Of a stretch of 64,000 nt of DNA, positions 10,713 through 21,553 are shown piece by piece. Position 1 is the first letter of the stretch. Every line of letters begins with the position of its first letter. The stretch is from positions 128,001-192,000 of the forward strand of contig CAVYBH010000013.1 in NCBI GenBank assembly GCA_963766715.1, read 5' to 3'. The notes under the pieces are model-generated. The model had not been told where the DNA came from and ran no database searches. It was given only the letters and a program-made list of their open reading frames with translations. The translations under genes were made by a program, and so were the position numbers. This DNA is from an uncultured delta proteobacterium. GTDB taxonomy: Bacteria; Myxococcota; Myxococcia; Myxococcales; Anaeromyxobacteraceae.

Positions 10713-11366
10713 GTGCCCATCACCGTGCTCTTCTTCGCCGTCGCCCGCGAGGCGGCTGGCCAGGAGTCGGAATCGCTGTCCACCTGGCCCGCCACGGTGG
10801 GCGAGCTGCGCGCGACCCTCCAGGCCAGGCACCCGGCGCTGGCCCGGGTGCTGCCTCGCTGCCGGCTCGCCGTGAACCAGGAGTTCGCCCAGGATCCCGA
10901 CCTCGTGCCCGACGGCGCCGAGGTGGCCGTGATCCCGCCGGTGTCGGGCGGCGCGGGCCGCTTCCGGGTCGTGGACCGGCCGCTCGACCTCCGCGAGGTG
11001 GTGGACGCGGTGTCCGGGCCCGGGCTCGGCGGCGTCGTCACCTTTCGCGGCGACGTCCGGGCCGAGAGCCACGGCAAGCAGGTGCTCCGTCTCGAGTACG
11101 AGGCCTACGCGCCGATGGCCGAGCGAAAGCTCGAGGAGATCGGGCGGCGGGTCGCGGCGGAGCACGGCGCGGAGGTGGCGGTCGTCCACCGGGTGGGCAC
11201 GCTCGTCCCGGGCGAGGCGGCGGTGGTGATCGCCGCGGCGGCCCCGCACCGGGCCCCGGCCTTCCGGGCCTGCGAGGCCACCCTGGAGCTGCTCAAGAAG
11301 GACGCGCCCATCTGGAAGCGCGAGGTCTACGCCGACGGCTCGGAATGGGTGGGGCTCGGACCGTGA
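10713..11366 (+). CDS. moaE: Fused molybdopterin synthase MoaD-MoaE
   Basis: VLFFAVARE...VAVIPPVSGG followed in frame by LEYEAYAPMA, HRVG, APHR, LKKDAPIWKRE. Confidence 0.92.
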   Translation: MPITVLFFAVAREAAGQESESLSTWPATVGELRATLQARHPALARVLPRCRLAVNQEFAQDPDLVPDGAEVAVIPPVSGGAGRFRVVDRPLDLREVVDAVSGPGLGGVVTFRGDVRAESHGKQVLRLEYEAYAPMAERKLEEIGRRVAAEHGAEVAVVHRVGTLVPGEAAVVIAAAAPHRAPAFRACEATLELLKKDAPIWKREVYADGSEWVGLGP

Positions 11367-11998
11367 AGCTGGCCGTGTTCGACCTCGACGGGACGCTGGT
11401 CGATTCCCGCCAGGACCTCTACCTGGCCGTGGCCCACGCCCTCTCCGAGCTGGGGTTGCCCCAGCGGTCCCAGGAGGAGGTGGTGAGCTTCGTCGGCGAC
11501 GGCGCGGTCACCCTCGTCTCCCGCGCCATCGCGCCGCGGGAGCACCTCCTCGAGACCGCCGTGGCGCTCTGGCGGGAGCACTACTCCCGGCACCTCCTCG
11601 ACCACACGCGCCTGTACCCGGGCATCGCGGCGGTGCTCGGCAGCGCGCGGATCCCGCTCGCGGTGCACACCAACAAGCCCGGCGCCATGGCCCGCAGGAT
11701 CCTCGACGGCCTGGGCGTGCTCTCCCGGTTCGTCGCCGTCGTCGGGGGGGACGAGGCGGCCCGCAAGCCGGACCCTTCCGGCCTGCTCGGGATCTGCGTG
11801 CGCGCCGGAGTGAAGCCGGAGGACGCCGTCCTCATCGGCGACAGCCTGGTCGACCGATCGACCGCGGTGGCCGCCGGGGTCCGCTTCGTCCCCGTCTCCT
11901 GGGGCTTCGTCCCGATGGCGACGCTGGCCGCCGGCGGGGCCGAGGGCTTCGTCACCGACGCAGCCGGCCTCCTCCGGTGGGTGGGCGCTACCTCCTGA
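11363..11998 (+). CDS. gph: HAD-family hydrolase, phosphoglycolate phosphatase-like
   Basis: FDLDGTLVDS, TNKP, KPDP, IGDS motifs. Confidence 0.85.
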   Translation: MKLAVFDLDGTLVDSRQDLYLAVAHALSELGLPQRSQEEVVSFVGDGAVTLVSRAIAPREHLLETAVALWREHYSRHLLDHTRLYPGIAAVLGSARIPLAVHTNKPGAMARRILDGLGVLSRFVAVVGGDEAARKPDPSGLLGICVRAGVKPEDAVLIGDSLVDRSTAVAAGVRFVPVSWGFVPMATLAAGGAEGFVTDAAGLLRWVGATS

Positions 11999-12023
11999 GG
12001 GTGGCGCTCCCTCCTGAGGGTGG
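11981..12023. repeat. Tandem direct repeat (~19-bp unit) upstream of the ECF sigma gene
   Basis: CCTCCTGAGGGTGG twice, each preceded by GGCGCT(A/C). Confidence 0.75.
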
Positions 12024-12074
12024 ATGCCTGGGGAGCGACTTCTCGCCCCGCGCCGGGTGGGGTACACAGGAGCC

Positions 12075-12650
12075 GTGTCCGATCTCGAGCCCCGCATCCT
12101 GGCGCTCCTCGACTCCGGCGACCTCTCCGGCGCCGCGACGGAGGCCCTGCGGGGCTATGGCCCGCAGGTGCTCGGGTACCTGACCGCGGTGCTGCGGAAC
12201 GAGGACGACGCGCACGACGTCTTCTCCCAGTTCGCCGAGGACCTGTGGCGTGGGCTGGCCGGGTTCCGGCGGGAGTCGGCCGTCCGGACCTGGGCCTTCC
12301 GGCTGGCCTGGCACGCCGCTTCCCGGTACGCCCGGGACCCCTACCGCAGGCGCGGTCGCCCCATCCTCTCGACCGAGGCCTCCAAGATCGCCGAGGAGGT
12401 CCGGTCGACCCTCTCGACCTACGCGCCGGGCGGCCGGGCCGACAAGCTCATGAAGCTGCGCGAGTCGCTCGACCCCGAGGAGCAGACCCTGCTCATCCTC
12501 CGGGTGGACAAGGCCATGCCCTGGGAGGAAGTGGCGGAGGTTCTGCGCGCCGACGGCGAGCCGGCCACCCCCGCGGCGCTCCGGAAGCGCTTCGAGCGGC
12601 TGAAGGAGAAGCTGGGACGCCTGGCCCGGGAGCAGGGGCTCATCGAGTAG
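12075..12650 (+). CDS. ECF-type RNA polymerase sigma factor
   Basis: Region 2 (DAHDVFS...RTWAFRLA) and region 4 (LDPEEQTLLILR...WEEVAEVL...ALRKRFER); SD GGAG before GTG 12075. Confidence 0.88.
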   Translation: MSDLEPRILALLDSGDLSGAATEALRGYGPQVLGYLTAVLRNEDDAHDVFSQFAEDLWRGLAGFRRESAVRTWAFRLAWHAASRYARDPYRRRGRPILSTEASKIAEEVRSTLSTYAPGGRADKLMKLRESLDPEEQTLLILRVDKAMPWEEVAEVLRADGEPATPAALRKRFERLKEKLGRLAREQGLIE

Positions 12651-12704
12651 CCCGCGGAGCGCAGGAAACTCGACGGCCCCCGGGGTGCGTGGGAACCTCT
12701 GGCC

Positions 12705-13076
12705 ATGTCCCGGCTGCTCCTCGCCGTCGCCGTCGCGACCCTCCTCGCGCTCGTCGGCGCCTTCGTCCCCTTCGACGGGAAGACGCTCGTGGAGCGGTGG
12801 CATTCCGCCCCTTCCGCGTCGCAGTTCGCCGATTGGGGATGGAACGAGCTCTCGGCCGGCTGGGACCGGCTCTGGGGCGCGAAGCCCGGCCCGAAGTCGT
12901 CCCCGAAGGGTTCTCCCGCGCGGGCCACCGCCGGCGCCCGCCCCGCCCGCGCGGCGGGATCGCCCCCGGACAAGCCCGTGCCGGAGCCCGTCGAGCACCA
13001 CACCGACGCGGATCGCAGCGCGCTCGATCGCATCGTCGCGGAGCACGCGGCGGACCGGCCGGCCCCCCGCCCCTGA
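12705..13076 (+). CDS. Hypothetical membrane-anchored protein
   Basis: N-terminal hydrophobic helix, low-complexity linker, C-terminal HTDADRSALDRIV. Confidence 0.7.
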   Translation: MSRLLLAVAVATLLALVGAFVPFDGKTLVERWHSAPSASQFADWGWNELSAGWDRLWGAKPGPKSSPKGSPARATAGARPARAAGSPPDKPVPEPVEHHTDADRSALDRIVAEHAADRPAPRP

Positions 13077-13143
13077 CCGGGACGGGCCCCAGACGAATCG
13101 CGTGGTTGCGTTCCGGGCGGGGGTCGGGTAATCAACGCCCCGA

Positions 13144-13452
13144 ATGTCCGACACGACTGCGAAGACCAAGGCGAAGAAGGCCGCTCCGAAGGCCAAGGGC
13201 GGCGGCAAGAAGACCTGCAAGATCCAGGGCTGCAAGCGCTCGTACCGCGCCAAGGGGCTCTGCTTCTTCCACTACTCCCAGTGGCGCCGGGGGGAGATCG
13301 AGGCCAAGCCTCGCCGCTGGAAGGGCTGCGGCAAGGAGGAGTGCAAGAAGAAGGTGTTCGAGCACGGCCTCTGCAAGGACCACTTCGACGCCTGGAAGAA
13401 GAGCCGCAAGGGCGCGAAGCAGGCGGCGCCGGCCGAAGCGCCGGCCGCCTAG
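13144..13452 (+). CDS. Basic protein with two C-x4-C...C-x2-H zinc-finger-like repeats (resembles myxobacterial 'vegetative protein')
   Basis: CKIQGC...GLCFFH and CGKEEC...GLCKDH; Lys/Ala-rich ends. Confidence 0.8.
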   Translation: MSDTTAKTKAKKAAPKAKGGGKKTCKIQGCKRSYRAKGLCFFHYSQWRRGEIEAKPRRWKGCGKEECKKKVFEHGLCKDHFDAWKKSRKGAKQAAPAEAPAA

Positions 13453-14234
13453 CGGTTTTCCTCTCCGTCCGCCGGCCCGATCGCGAGCTTCCGCTCCAGC
13501 GTCCGGGCCGCGGCGGCGAGCAGTTCCGCCTCTCGCTGCGTGGGCTCTGCCCGCGCGAGCAGGCGCCTCCACTCCGCGAGGATCGCGTCGGGGTTCTGCG
13601 GGTTGAGGTAGCCCGCGCCGGACAGGAGCGTCTTCATCCGGCGCCAGAAGGCCTCGACCGTCTCGTGGCGCGCCGGCTCCTCCTCGGGGAGGGGCGCGAA
13701 GGCGGCGCCCTGCCCGAGCGAGATCTCGTAGGCCAGCACCGCCGCCGCCTGGGCCAGGTTCATCGAGTCGTAGGCGGCGCTCGTGGGGATGGTGCAGACC
13801 GCCGAGCAGAGCGTGAGCTCGGCGTCGGAGAGGCCGCGGCGCTCCTCCCCCAGGACGATCGCCAGCCGGCCCGTTCCCCTCCTCCGGGCCACCTCCTCCC
13901 CCAGCTCCCGCGGCGTGAGGCGCGGGCGCCCCTCCACGGCGCGCGAGGTGCTCCCGCAGGCCCAGACCGTTCCGGCCAGGGCGGCCGCGAGGTCGGGCTT
14001 CACCTGGGAGGACTCCAGCACCCCGATGGCCTTCCGGGCCGTGCGCCGCGCCCGGCGGATCACGTCCTCCCGGGCGTTCTGGCCACGCCCTGACCGGGGC
14101 AGGCCCGACCACGAAGGGGGGGGCACCACCGAGAGCCGGGACAGCCCGAAGTTGAGGAGCACCCGCGCCACGGCGCCGATGTTCTCCGCCGACGAGGGGC
14201 GGTGCAGCACGAAGATCAGGTCATCCCGGTCCAA
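13449..14234 (-). CDS. trmJ: TrmJ/TrmH-family SPOUT RNA methyltransferase
   Basis: ENIGAVARVLLNFG, GEERRGLS, SMNLAQA. Confidence 0.88.
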   Translation of the reverse strand: MDRDDLIFVLHRPSSAENIGAVARVLLNFGLSRLSVVPPPSWSGLPRSGRGQNAREDVIRRARRTARKAIGVLESSQVKPDLAAALAGTVWACGSTSRAVEGRPRLTPRELGEEVARRRGTGRLAIVLGEERRGLSDAELTLCSAVCTIPTSAAYDSMNLAQAAAVLAYEISLGQGAAFAPLPEEEPARHETVEAFWRRMKTLLSGAGYLNPQNPDAILAEWRRLLARAEPTQREAELLAAAARTLERKLAIGPADGEENR

Positions 14235-14243
14235 TGCGCCCGT

Positions 14244-14253
14244 ATGCTAGCAT
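14244..14253. promoter_or_regulatory. Palindromic bidirectional -10 element between trmJ and purC
   Basis: ATGCTAGCAT gives TAGCAT on both strands, 9 nt from the trmJ TTG and 8 nt from the purC ATG. Confidence 0.55.
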
Positions 14254-14261
14254 TCGCGCCC

Positions 14262-15217
14262 ATGATTCCCGACCTCAAGCTTCGCGAACAGCTCGCCCAC
14301 ACGCTCCGGCAGTTCGACGCCCCTGCGCTCGGGGAGCTCTACCGCGGCAAGGTGCGCGACAACTACTCGCGCGGCGACCGGATCGTGATGATCACCACCG
14401 ACCGGATCAGCGCCTTCGACCACGTGCTGGGGACCATCCCGTTCAAGGGAGAGGTGCTCTCCCGCCTCACCCGGTTCTGGTTCGAGAAGGTGAAGGACAT
14501 CGCCCCCACCCACATCCTCGACAACCCGGATCCGAGCGTGATGGTGGTGAAGCGCGCCCAGCCGCTCCCGGTCGAGATCATCATCCGCGGCTACATCACC
14601 GGGTCGCTGTGGCGCGACTACGTGGCGGGGAAGGCCGGCGCCTACGGCATCGACTGGCCCCAGGGATTGCGCAAGGACCAGAAGTTCCACCTGCCCATCA
14701 TCACGCCCTCCACCAAGGCCCAGTACGGCAAGCACGACGAGCCGATCAGCGAGCAGGAGATCGTCGCGAAGGGGCTCGTTCCGGCCGCGGTCTGGCAGGA
14801 GGCCGTCGAGATCGCCCGGGCGCTCTTCCGGCGCGGCCAGGAGTGGGCCGCGACGCGGGGGCTCATCCTCGTCGACACCAAGTACGAGATGGGCATCGCC
14901 GACGGCAAGCTGGTGGTGATCGACGAGATCCACACGCCGGACAGCTCCCGCTACTGGGTCGCCAAGGGCTACGAGGAGCGGCTGGCCGCCGGCCAGGACC
15001 AGCAGATGCTCGACAAGGAGAACATCCGGCAGTGGCTCATCCAGGAGCACGGGTTCTCCGGCCACGGCACGCCGCCGGCGCTCACCGACGACGTCCGGGT
15101 GATGCTGGCCGGCAAGTACATCGAGGTCTTCGAGCTCCTCACCGGCGAGAAGTTCGAGTCGCCGGTCGGAAGCGTGGACGCGCGGATCCGCGCGAATCTC
15201 CAGGCGAAGGGCTACCT

Positions 15218-15221
<4 letters not shown>
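14262..15221 (+). CDS. purC: SAICAR synthetase
   Basis: YRGKVRD, TDRISAFD, RGYITGS, TPSTKA, LVDTKYE, DEIHTPDSSRYW. Confidence 0.96.
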
Positions 15222-16550
<1,329 letters not shown>

Positions 16551-16593
16551 CCGACCCTCCGCGGCCGCCTGGCGGCCGGCTTGCGTTTCCGGC

Positions 16594-17052
16594 CTACCGG
16601 CCGGTGGAACCGAATCCGCCGTCGCCCCGGCCGGTGTCCGGCAGGCTGGCGACCTCCACGAGCGACGCCCGCGTCACCGGCGCGACCACCAGCTGCGCGA
16701 TGCGCTCCCCGCGGGCCAGGCGCACCCGCTCCTGCCCCCAGTTGACGAGGATGACGCCCACCTCGCCCCGGTAGTCGCTGTCGATGGTGCCGGGGGCGTT
16801 CGCCATCCCCAGGCCGAGCTTGAGCGCCAGCCCGGAGCGGGGACGGACCTGCCCTTCCCACCCCGGCGGGATGGCCACGGCGATGCCCGTGGGCACGAGC
16901 CGGCGCTCGCCCGGGGCGAGGTCCACCGGCTCGTCGGCCCGCAGGTCCATGCCGGCGGCGCCGGCGGTCTGGTAGCGAGGCAGCTCCAGCGGCTCGCCGC
17001 GGCCGCCCACCCGAAGCACCGGGATCGGGATCGGGGTCTCGGCCGCGGCCAC
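16594..17052 (-). CDS. dut: dUTPase
   Basis: [38 protein letters not shown]. Confidence 0.97.
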   Translation of the reverse strand: MAAAETPIPIPVLRVGGRGEPLELPRYQTAGAAGMDLRADEPVDLAPGERRLVPTGIAVAIPPGWEGQVRPRSGLALKLGLGMANAPGTIDSDYRGEVGVILVNWGQERVRLARGERIAQLVVAPVTRASLVEVASLPDTGRGDGGFGSTGR

Positions 17053-17064
17053 CGCTCGCCTCCC

Positions 17065-19230
17065 CTAGCCCTTGGCAGGCTCGGGGTCGGTCTTGGCGGC
17101 GTCCGGCTTCTGCGCGGCCGCGTCGGCCAGCGCCTCCTTGCGGGAGAGGCGGATCTTGCCGGCACGGTCGACCGAGATGACCTTCACGAGCACCTCCTCG
17201 CCCTCCTGGAGGACGTCGGAGACGCTCTTCACCCGCTTGTCCGAGAGCTCGGAGATGTGGATGAGGCCGTCGGTGCCCGGGAAGATCTCCACGAAGGCGC
17301 CGAACTCGGCGATCTTGCGGACCGTGCCGAGGTAGGTCTTGCCGACGTCGGCCTCCTGGGTGAGGTTCTTGATCATCTTGATCGCCGCGTCGACGTTGGT
17401 CTGGTTCGGGCTGGCGATGTTGATGGTGCCGTCGTCCTCGATGTTGATGCTGCAGCCGGTGCGGGCGGTGATGTCCTTGATCACCTTGCCGCCGGGCCCG
17501 ATGACGTCCTTGATGCGCTCCGGCCGGATCTTGATGGTGGTGATCCGCGGCGCGTAGGCGCTGATGTCGGTGCGCGGCGCGCTGATGGCCTTGGCCATCT
17601 CGCCGAGGATGTGCTTGCGGCCGGCAGCGGCCTGGTTCAGCGCGTCCTCGAGGATCTTGCGGGTCACGCCGCCGATCTTGATGTCCATCTGGATGGCGGT
17701 GATGCCGGCCTCGGTCCCGCAGACCTTGAAGTCCATGTCGCCGAGGTGATCCTCGTCGCCGAGGATGTCGGAGAGGATGGCGATCTTCTCGCCCTCCTTG
17801 ATGAGCCCCATCGCGATGCCGGCCACGGGGGCCTTCACCGGGACGCCGGCGTCCATGAGCGACAGGCAGCCGCCGCAGACCGAGGCCATCGACGACGAGC
17901 CGTTCGACTCCATGATGTCGGAGACGATCCGGATGGTGTACGGGAACTTGTCCTCGGCGGGCAGCACGGCGCGGAGCGCGCGCTCGGCGAGCGCGCCGTG
18001 GCCGATCTCCCGGCGGCCGGGGCCGCGGAGGAACTTGGCCTCGCCCACGGAGAAGGGCGGGAAGTTGTAGTGGAGCATGAACTTCTTGAAGATCATGCCG
18101 GTCAGCATCTCGACCCGCTGCTCGTCCTCGGAGGTGCCGAGGGTGGCGGCGACCAGCGCCTGCGTCTCGCCGCGGGTGAAGAGGGCGGAGCCGTGGACGC
18201 GGGGGAGGATGCCGACCTCGGAGGCGATGAACCGGATGTCGGCCGGTCCGCGGCCGCCGATCCGGCGCCCCTCGTCGGTGATCATCTTCCGCATGTAGTC
18301 GTACTTCACGTCCTCGTAGTAGCCCTTGATCTCCTTCTCGCGGGCCACCAGCGCGGCGAGCTGGGCCGCGTCGCCGGCGGCCTCCGCCTTGAGCGCCTCG
18401 AGGAGCTCCTTCTTGATCTCGGAGAGCCGGCCGTAGCGGTCGTGCTTCTCGTTGCGGGCGTAGGCCTCCTTGACCTTGCCCCAGGTGAGCGACTTCACCT
18501 TCTCGCGAAGGACGACGTCGTTCTTGGGGGGATCGAAGGAGCGCTTCGACTTGCCGATGGTCTTGGCGAGCCGGTCCTGCGCGTCGAGGAGCGGGACCAC
18601 CGCGGCCTGGCCGAAGAGGAGCGCGTCCACCATGACGCTCTCGGGGATCTCCTTGCCGCCGCCCTCCACCATGACGACCGCGTCGCGCGACGCCGCCATG
18701 ATCACGTCGAGGTCGGCCTCGGCGCGCTGGGCCATCGTGGGGTTGGCGATGAACTTGCCGCCGACCCGGCCGACGCGGACGCCGGCGATGGGGCCGTGGA
18801 ACGGGACGTCGGAGACGGCCATGGCGGCCGAGGCGCCGGTGAGCGCCAGCACGTCGGTGTCGTTCTCCTGGTCGAAGGAGATGACCGTGCAGATGATCTG
18901 CGTCTCGTTGGCGTAGCCCTCGGGGAAGAGGGGGCGGCAGGAGCGGTCGACGATGCGGGAGACCAGCGTCTCCTTCTCGGTGAGCCGGCCCTCGCGGCGG
19001 AAGAAGCTGCCGGGGATCTTGCCCGCGGCGAACATCTTCTCCTGGTAGTCGACGGTCAGCGGGAAGAAGTCGATGCCCTCCTTCTTCTCCTTGGCCGACA
19101 CGACGGTGACGAGGACGATGGAGTCGCCGTGGCGGATCCAGATGGATCCGTCGGCCTGCTTGGCGACCTTGCCGGTCTCGAGGGAGATCTCGCGATCGCC
19201 TACCTGGACGCGTTCCTGGATGGCCTTCAT
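17065..19230 (-). CDS. pnp: Polyribonucleotide nucleotidyltransferase (PNPase)
   Basis: [36 protein letters not shown] and S1 domains. Confidence 0.98.
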   Translation of the reverse strand: MKAIQERVQVGDREISLETGKVAKQADGSIWIRHGDSIVLVTVVSAKEKKEGIDFFPLTVDYQEKMFAAGKIPGSFFRREGRLTEKETLVSRIVDRSCRPLFPEGYANETQIICTVISFDQENDTDVLALTGASAAMAVSDVPFHGPIAGVRVGRVGGKFIANPTMAQRAEADLDVIMAASRDAVVMVEGGGKEIPESVMVDALLFGQAAVVPLLDAQDRLAKTIGKSKRSFDPPKNDVVLREKVKSLTWGKVKEAYARNEKHDRYGRLSEIKKELLEALKAEAAGDAAQLAALVAREKEIKGYYEDVKYDYMRKMITDEGRRIGGRGPADIRFIASEVGILPRVHGSALFTRGETQALVAATLGTSEDEQRVEMLTGMIFKKFMLHYNFPPFSVGEAKFLRGPGRREIGHGALAERALRAVLPAEDKFPYTIRIVSDIMESNGSSSMASVCGGCLSLMDAGVPVKAPVAGIAMGLIKEGEKIAILSDILGDEDHLGDMDFKVCGTEAGITAIQMDIKIGGVTRKILEDALNQAAAGRKHILGEMAKAISAPRTDISAYAPRITTIKIRPERIKDVIGPGGKVIKDITARTGCSINIEDDGTINIASPNQTNVDAAIKMIKNLTQEADVGKTYLGTVRKIAEFGAFVEIFPGTDGLIHISELSDKRVKSVSDVLQEGEEVLVKVISVDRAGKIRLSRKEALADAAAQKPDAAKTDPEPAKG

Positions 19231-19447
19231 GTGGCACCTTCACGATGTGAGCCGGGGGGCGTCGATCGCCCTCCGGTCCCGCCGTGCGAGTTGCCGGCGC
19301 CCGACCCACGGTGCCTCTGTTTCTCACTGGGGGGCCGCTCGCGGGGAGCGGCGCTCGAGTCGGAAACGGAAGCGCCGTCGAGGGTGCGTCGGCCCGCTCG
19401 CGGGCGGGCCTGTTGAACTGCCGGCCCCCGCGTGTCGGGGGCGCGGC

Positions 19448-19475
19448 GCGCTCCGGTCCCGAGGGGCCGGAGCGC
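19448..19475 (-). terminator. Strong hairpin immediately downstream of rpsO
   Basis: GCGCTCCGG...CCGGAGCGC inverted repeat. Confidence 0.55.
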
Positions 19476-19485
19476 TTGCCCTGCC

Positions 19486-19755
19486 CTACTTCCGGAGCCC
19501 GAGCTGCTCGATGACCGTCTTGTAGCGGTTCAGGTCGATCGACCGGAGGTAGTCGAGAAGACGGCGCCGCTGCCCGACCAGCTTGAGCAGGCCGCGGCGG
19601 CTGTGGTGATCCTTCTTGTGGGTCTTGAAGTGCTCGGTGAGGTAGGTGATGCGCTCGGTGATGAGCGCGACCTGGACCTCGGGGGACCCGGTGTCCTTCT
19701 CGTGCCGCTGGTACTTGTGGACGAGCTCGGACTTCTTCTCAGCGATCAGCGCCAT
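19486..19755 (-). CDS. rpsO: 30S ribosomal protein S15
   Basis: [32 protein letters not shown]. Confidence 0.99.
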   Translation of the reverse strand: MALIAEKKSELVHKYQRHEKDTGSPEVQVALITERITYLTEHFKTHKKDHHSRRGLLKLVGQRRRLLDYLRSIDLNRYKTVIEQLGLRK

Positions 19756-19868
19756 ATCGGATGCTCCCTAGTTGTGGACCGTCCCCGTCTCGAGGGCGAA
19801 GGCGTCGCGCCACGGGGATAGTGGACGGCGGGTTGGAGGGCGTCTTTTAGCGATCAGGACGCTCGAAG

Positions 19869-20804
19869 TCAACGCTTTACGGGATCCGCTCCTGCGATTC
19901 CGGGGGGTTGCACGAACACCCGGATCGGGCGCAGCCCGTCCCCGCCCTCGGTGGGGGCGCAGACCGCCACCAGGTCCCCTCGCTCGTCGATGGCCCGGCA
20001 GAGCGGTCCAGGAGGCAGGCGCCGGAGCACCTTGCCCTGGGCCAGCGCCAGGGTCTCCGCGTCGCTCACCGGGACCGCAGGGAAGCCGGAGAGGGCATCG
20101 GCGGGACGGATCAGGCGGGCCCGGAGCGAGTCCGGGGCCGTGCGGGCCAGCGACTCGACCTCCTCGAGCGGGATGGCCTGGTCGATGGAGAACGGACCGG
20201 AGGCGGTCCGCCGGAGCGCGCCGAGGTGCGCCGGCACGCCCAGCGCCTGCCCGACGGAGGTGGCCAGCGTCCGGACGTAGGTCCCCTTCCCGCAGCGGAC
20301 CGAGACCCGCGCGCGCGCCAGGCCGCCCTCGGCCGGCTGGAAGGAGACGAGGTCGAGCGCGTGGACCACCACCCGGCGCGCCGCCCGCTCCACCACCTCG
20401 CCGGCGCGGGCCGCCTCGTGCAGGCGGCGGCCCCCCACCCGGATCGCCGAGTACATGGGCGGCACCTGGTCGATCTCGCCCACCAGCGCGGCGAGCGCCC
20501 CGGCCACCCGGCCCGCGTCGAGGGCGGACGGGTCGCCCCGCTCCACCTCGCGCCCCGCGGCGTCCTCGGTGTCGGTGGCGAAGCCGAAGACCAGGAGCGC
20601 GTCGTACCCCTTGTCGCTGTCGGTGATCCAGTGCTGGAGCTTCACCGCGTCGTCGAGGCAGACGGCCAGGACGCCGGTGGCGGTCGGGTCGAGCGTCCCG
20701 GTGTGGCCGGCCTTGCCCGCGCCGAGCGCGCGACGGACCCGCCCGACCACGTCGAAGCTGGTGGGGCCGGCCGGCTTGTCGACGACGAGGATTCCGCCCT
20801 TCAT
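19869..20804 (-). CDS. truB: tRNA pseudouridine(55) synthase
   Basis: DKPAGPTS, GHTGTLDP, QVPPMYSA, CGKGTYVR. Confidence 0.97.
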   Translation of the reverse strand: MKGGILVVDKPAGPTSFDVVGRVRRALGAGKAGHTGTLDPTATGVLAVCLDDAVKLQHWITDSDKGYDALLVFGFATDTEDAAGREVERGDPSALDAGRVAGALAALVGEIDQVPPMYSAIRVGGRRLHEAARAGEVVERAARRVVVHALDLVSFQPAEGGLARARVSVRCGKGTYVRTLATSVGQALGVPAHLGALRRTASGPFSIDQAIPLEEVESLARTAPDSLRARLIRPADALSGFPAVPVSDAETLALAQGKVLRRLPPGPLCRAIDERGDLVAVCAPTEGGDGLRPIRVFVQPPGIAGADPVKR

Positions 20805-20823
20805 CGGGGGAGCGCGGGGCGCC

Positions 20824-21180
20824 TCACCGGCCGTCCTTGGCCTTGGCTTCCCGCAGCAGCCGCTCGATCTTGTCGCCTTCCTCGATGCTCGCGTCCCAGA
20901 CGAACTTCATGTGCGGGGTGGTGCGGAGCCGGAGGTTGTGCGCCGCCTCCCGCGCGAGGAACCCGGCGGCCGCGGTCAGGCCCTCCAGGGTCTTCTTGCG
21001 GACCGCCTCGTCGCCGTGGACGGAGACGTACACCACGGCCTCGCGCAGGTCGGGGGACATCTTGGCCCCCGTCACGGTGATGAAGCCCACCACCCGGGGA
21101 TCCTTGAGACCCCGGGCGATGATCGCCGACACCTCGTGCTGGAACTCCTCGGCCACGCGGGCCGGCCGGTCATGGGCCAT
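20824..21180 (-). CDS. rbfA: Ribosome-binding factor A
   Basis: LKDPRV, SPDLREA, AAGFL, RTTPHMKF; synteny. Confidence 0.95.
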   Translation of the reverse strand: MAHDRPARVAEEFQHEVSAIIARGLKDPRVVGFITVTGAKMSPDLREAVVYVSVHGDEAVRKKTLEGLTAAAGFLAREAAHNLRLRTTPHMKFVWDASIEEGDKIERLLREAKAKDGR

Positions 21181-21526
21181 GGTCTTCCTCCTCCGCTTCC
21201 GCCAGCGTCCGCCAGCCGCCGCCCAGGTCGTCCCCGAACGGCACGATCTCCAGCTTCCTGTCGGTGATGAGCATCTGCCCGCCGTGGGCCGACGCGACGA
21301 AGCCGGTCACCTTGTCGAGCATCTCGTTCAGGAAGGCGTGGTCGTTGCCGACCACCGCCACGCCCACCACGCTGCGCTGCCAGGTGTCGTTCTCGCCCAC
21401 CTCGGCGATGGACACCGGGTAGCGGGCGCGAACCCGGTCGAGCGCCGAGCGCAGCAGGTGCCGCTTCGACTTGAGCGACCCGGGGTCGGGCAGGTGCAGC
21501 GTCAGCCGTAGGATCCCGACGAACAC
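21170..21526 (-). CDS. DUF503 (YlxP-like) protein
   Basis: SLKSKR, VSIAEV, DTWQR; position between infB and rbfA. Confidence 0.88.
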   Translation of the reverse strand: MFVGILRLTLHLPDPGSLKSKRHLLRSALDRVRARYPVSIAEVGENDTWQRSVVGVAVVGNDHAFLNEMLDKVTGFVASAHGGQMLITDRKLEIVPFGDDLGGGWRTLAEAEEEDHGP

Positions 21527-21553
21527 GCCACTGCCTCCGCCCCGGGGGCGCCG

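Noticed and set aside
19756..19868. S15 autoregulatory leader
   Set aside because: Plausible by position, but I cannot support a specific structure by eye.
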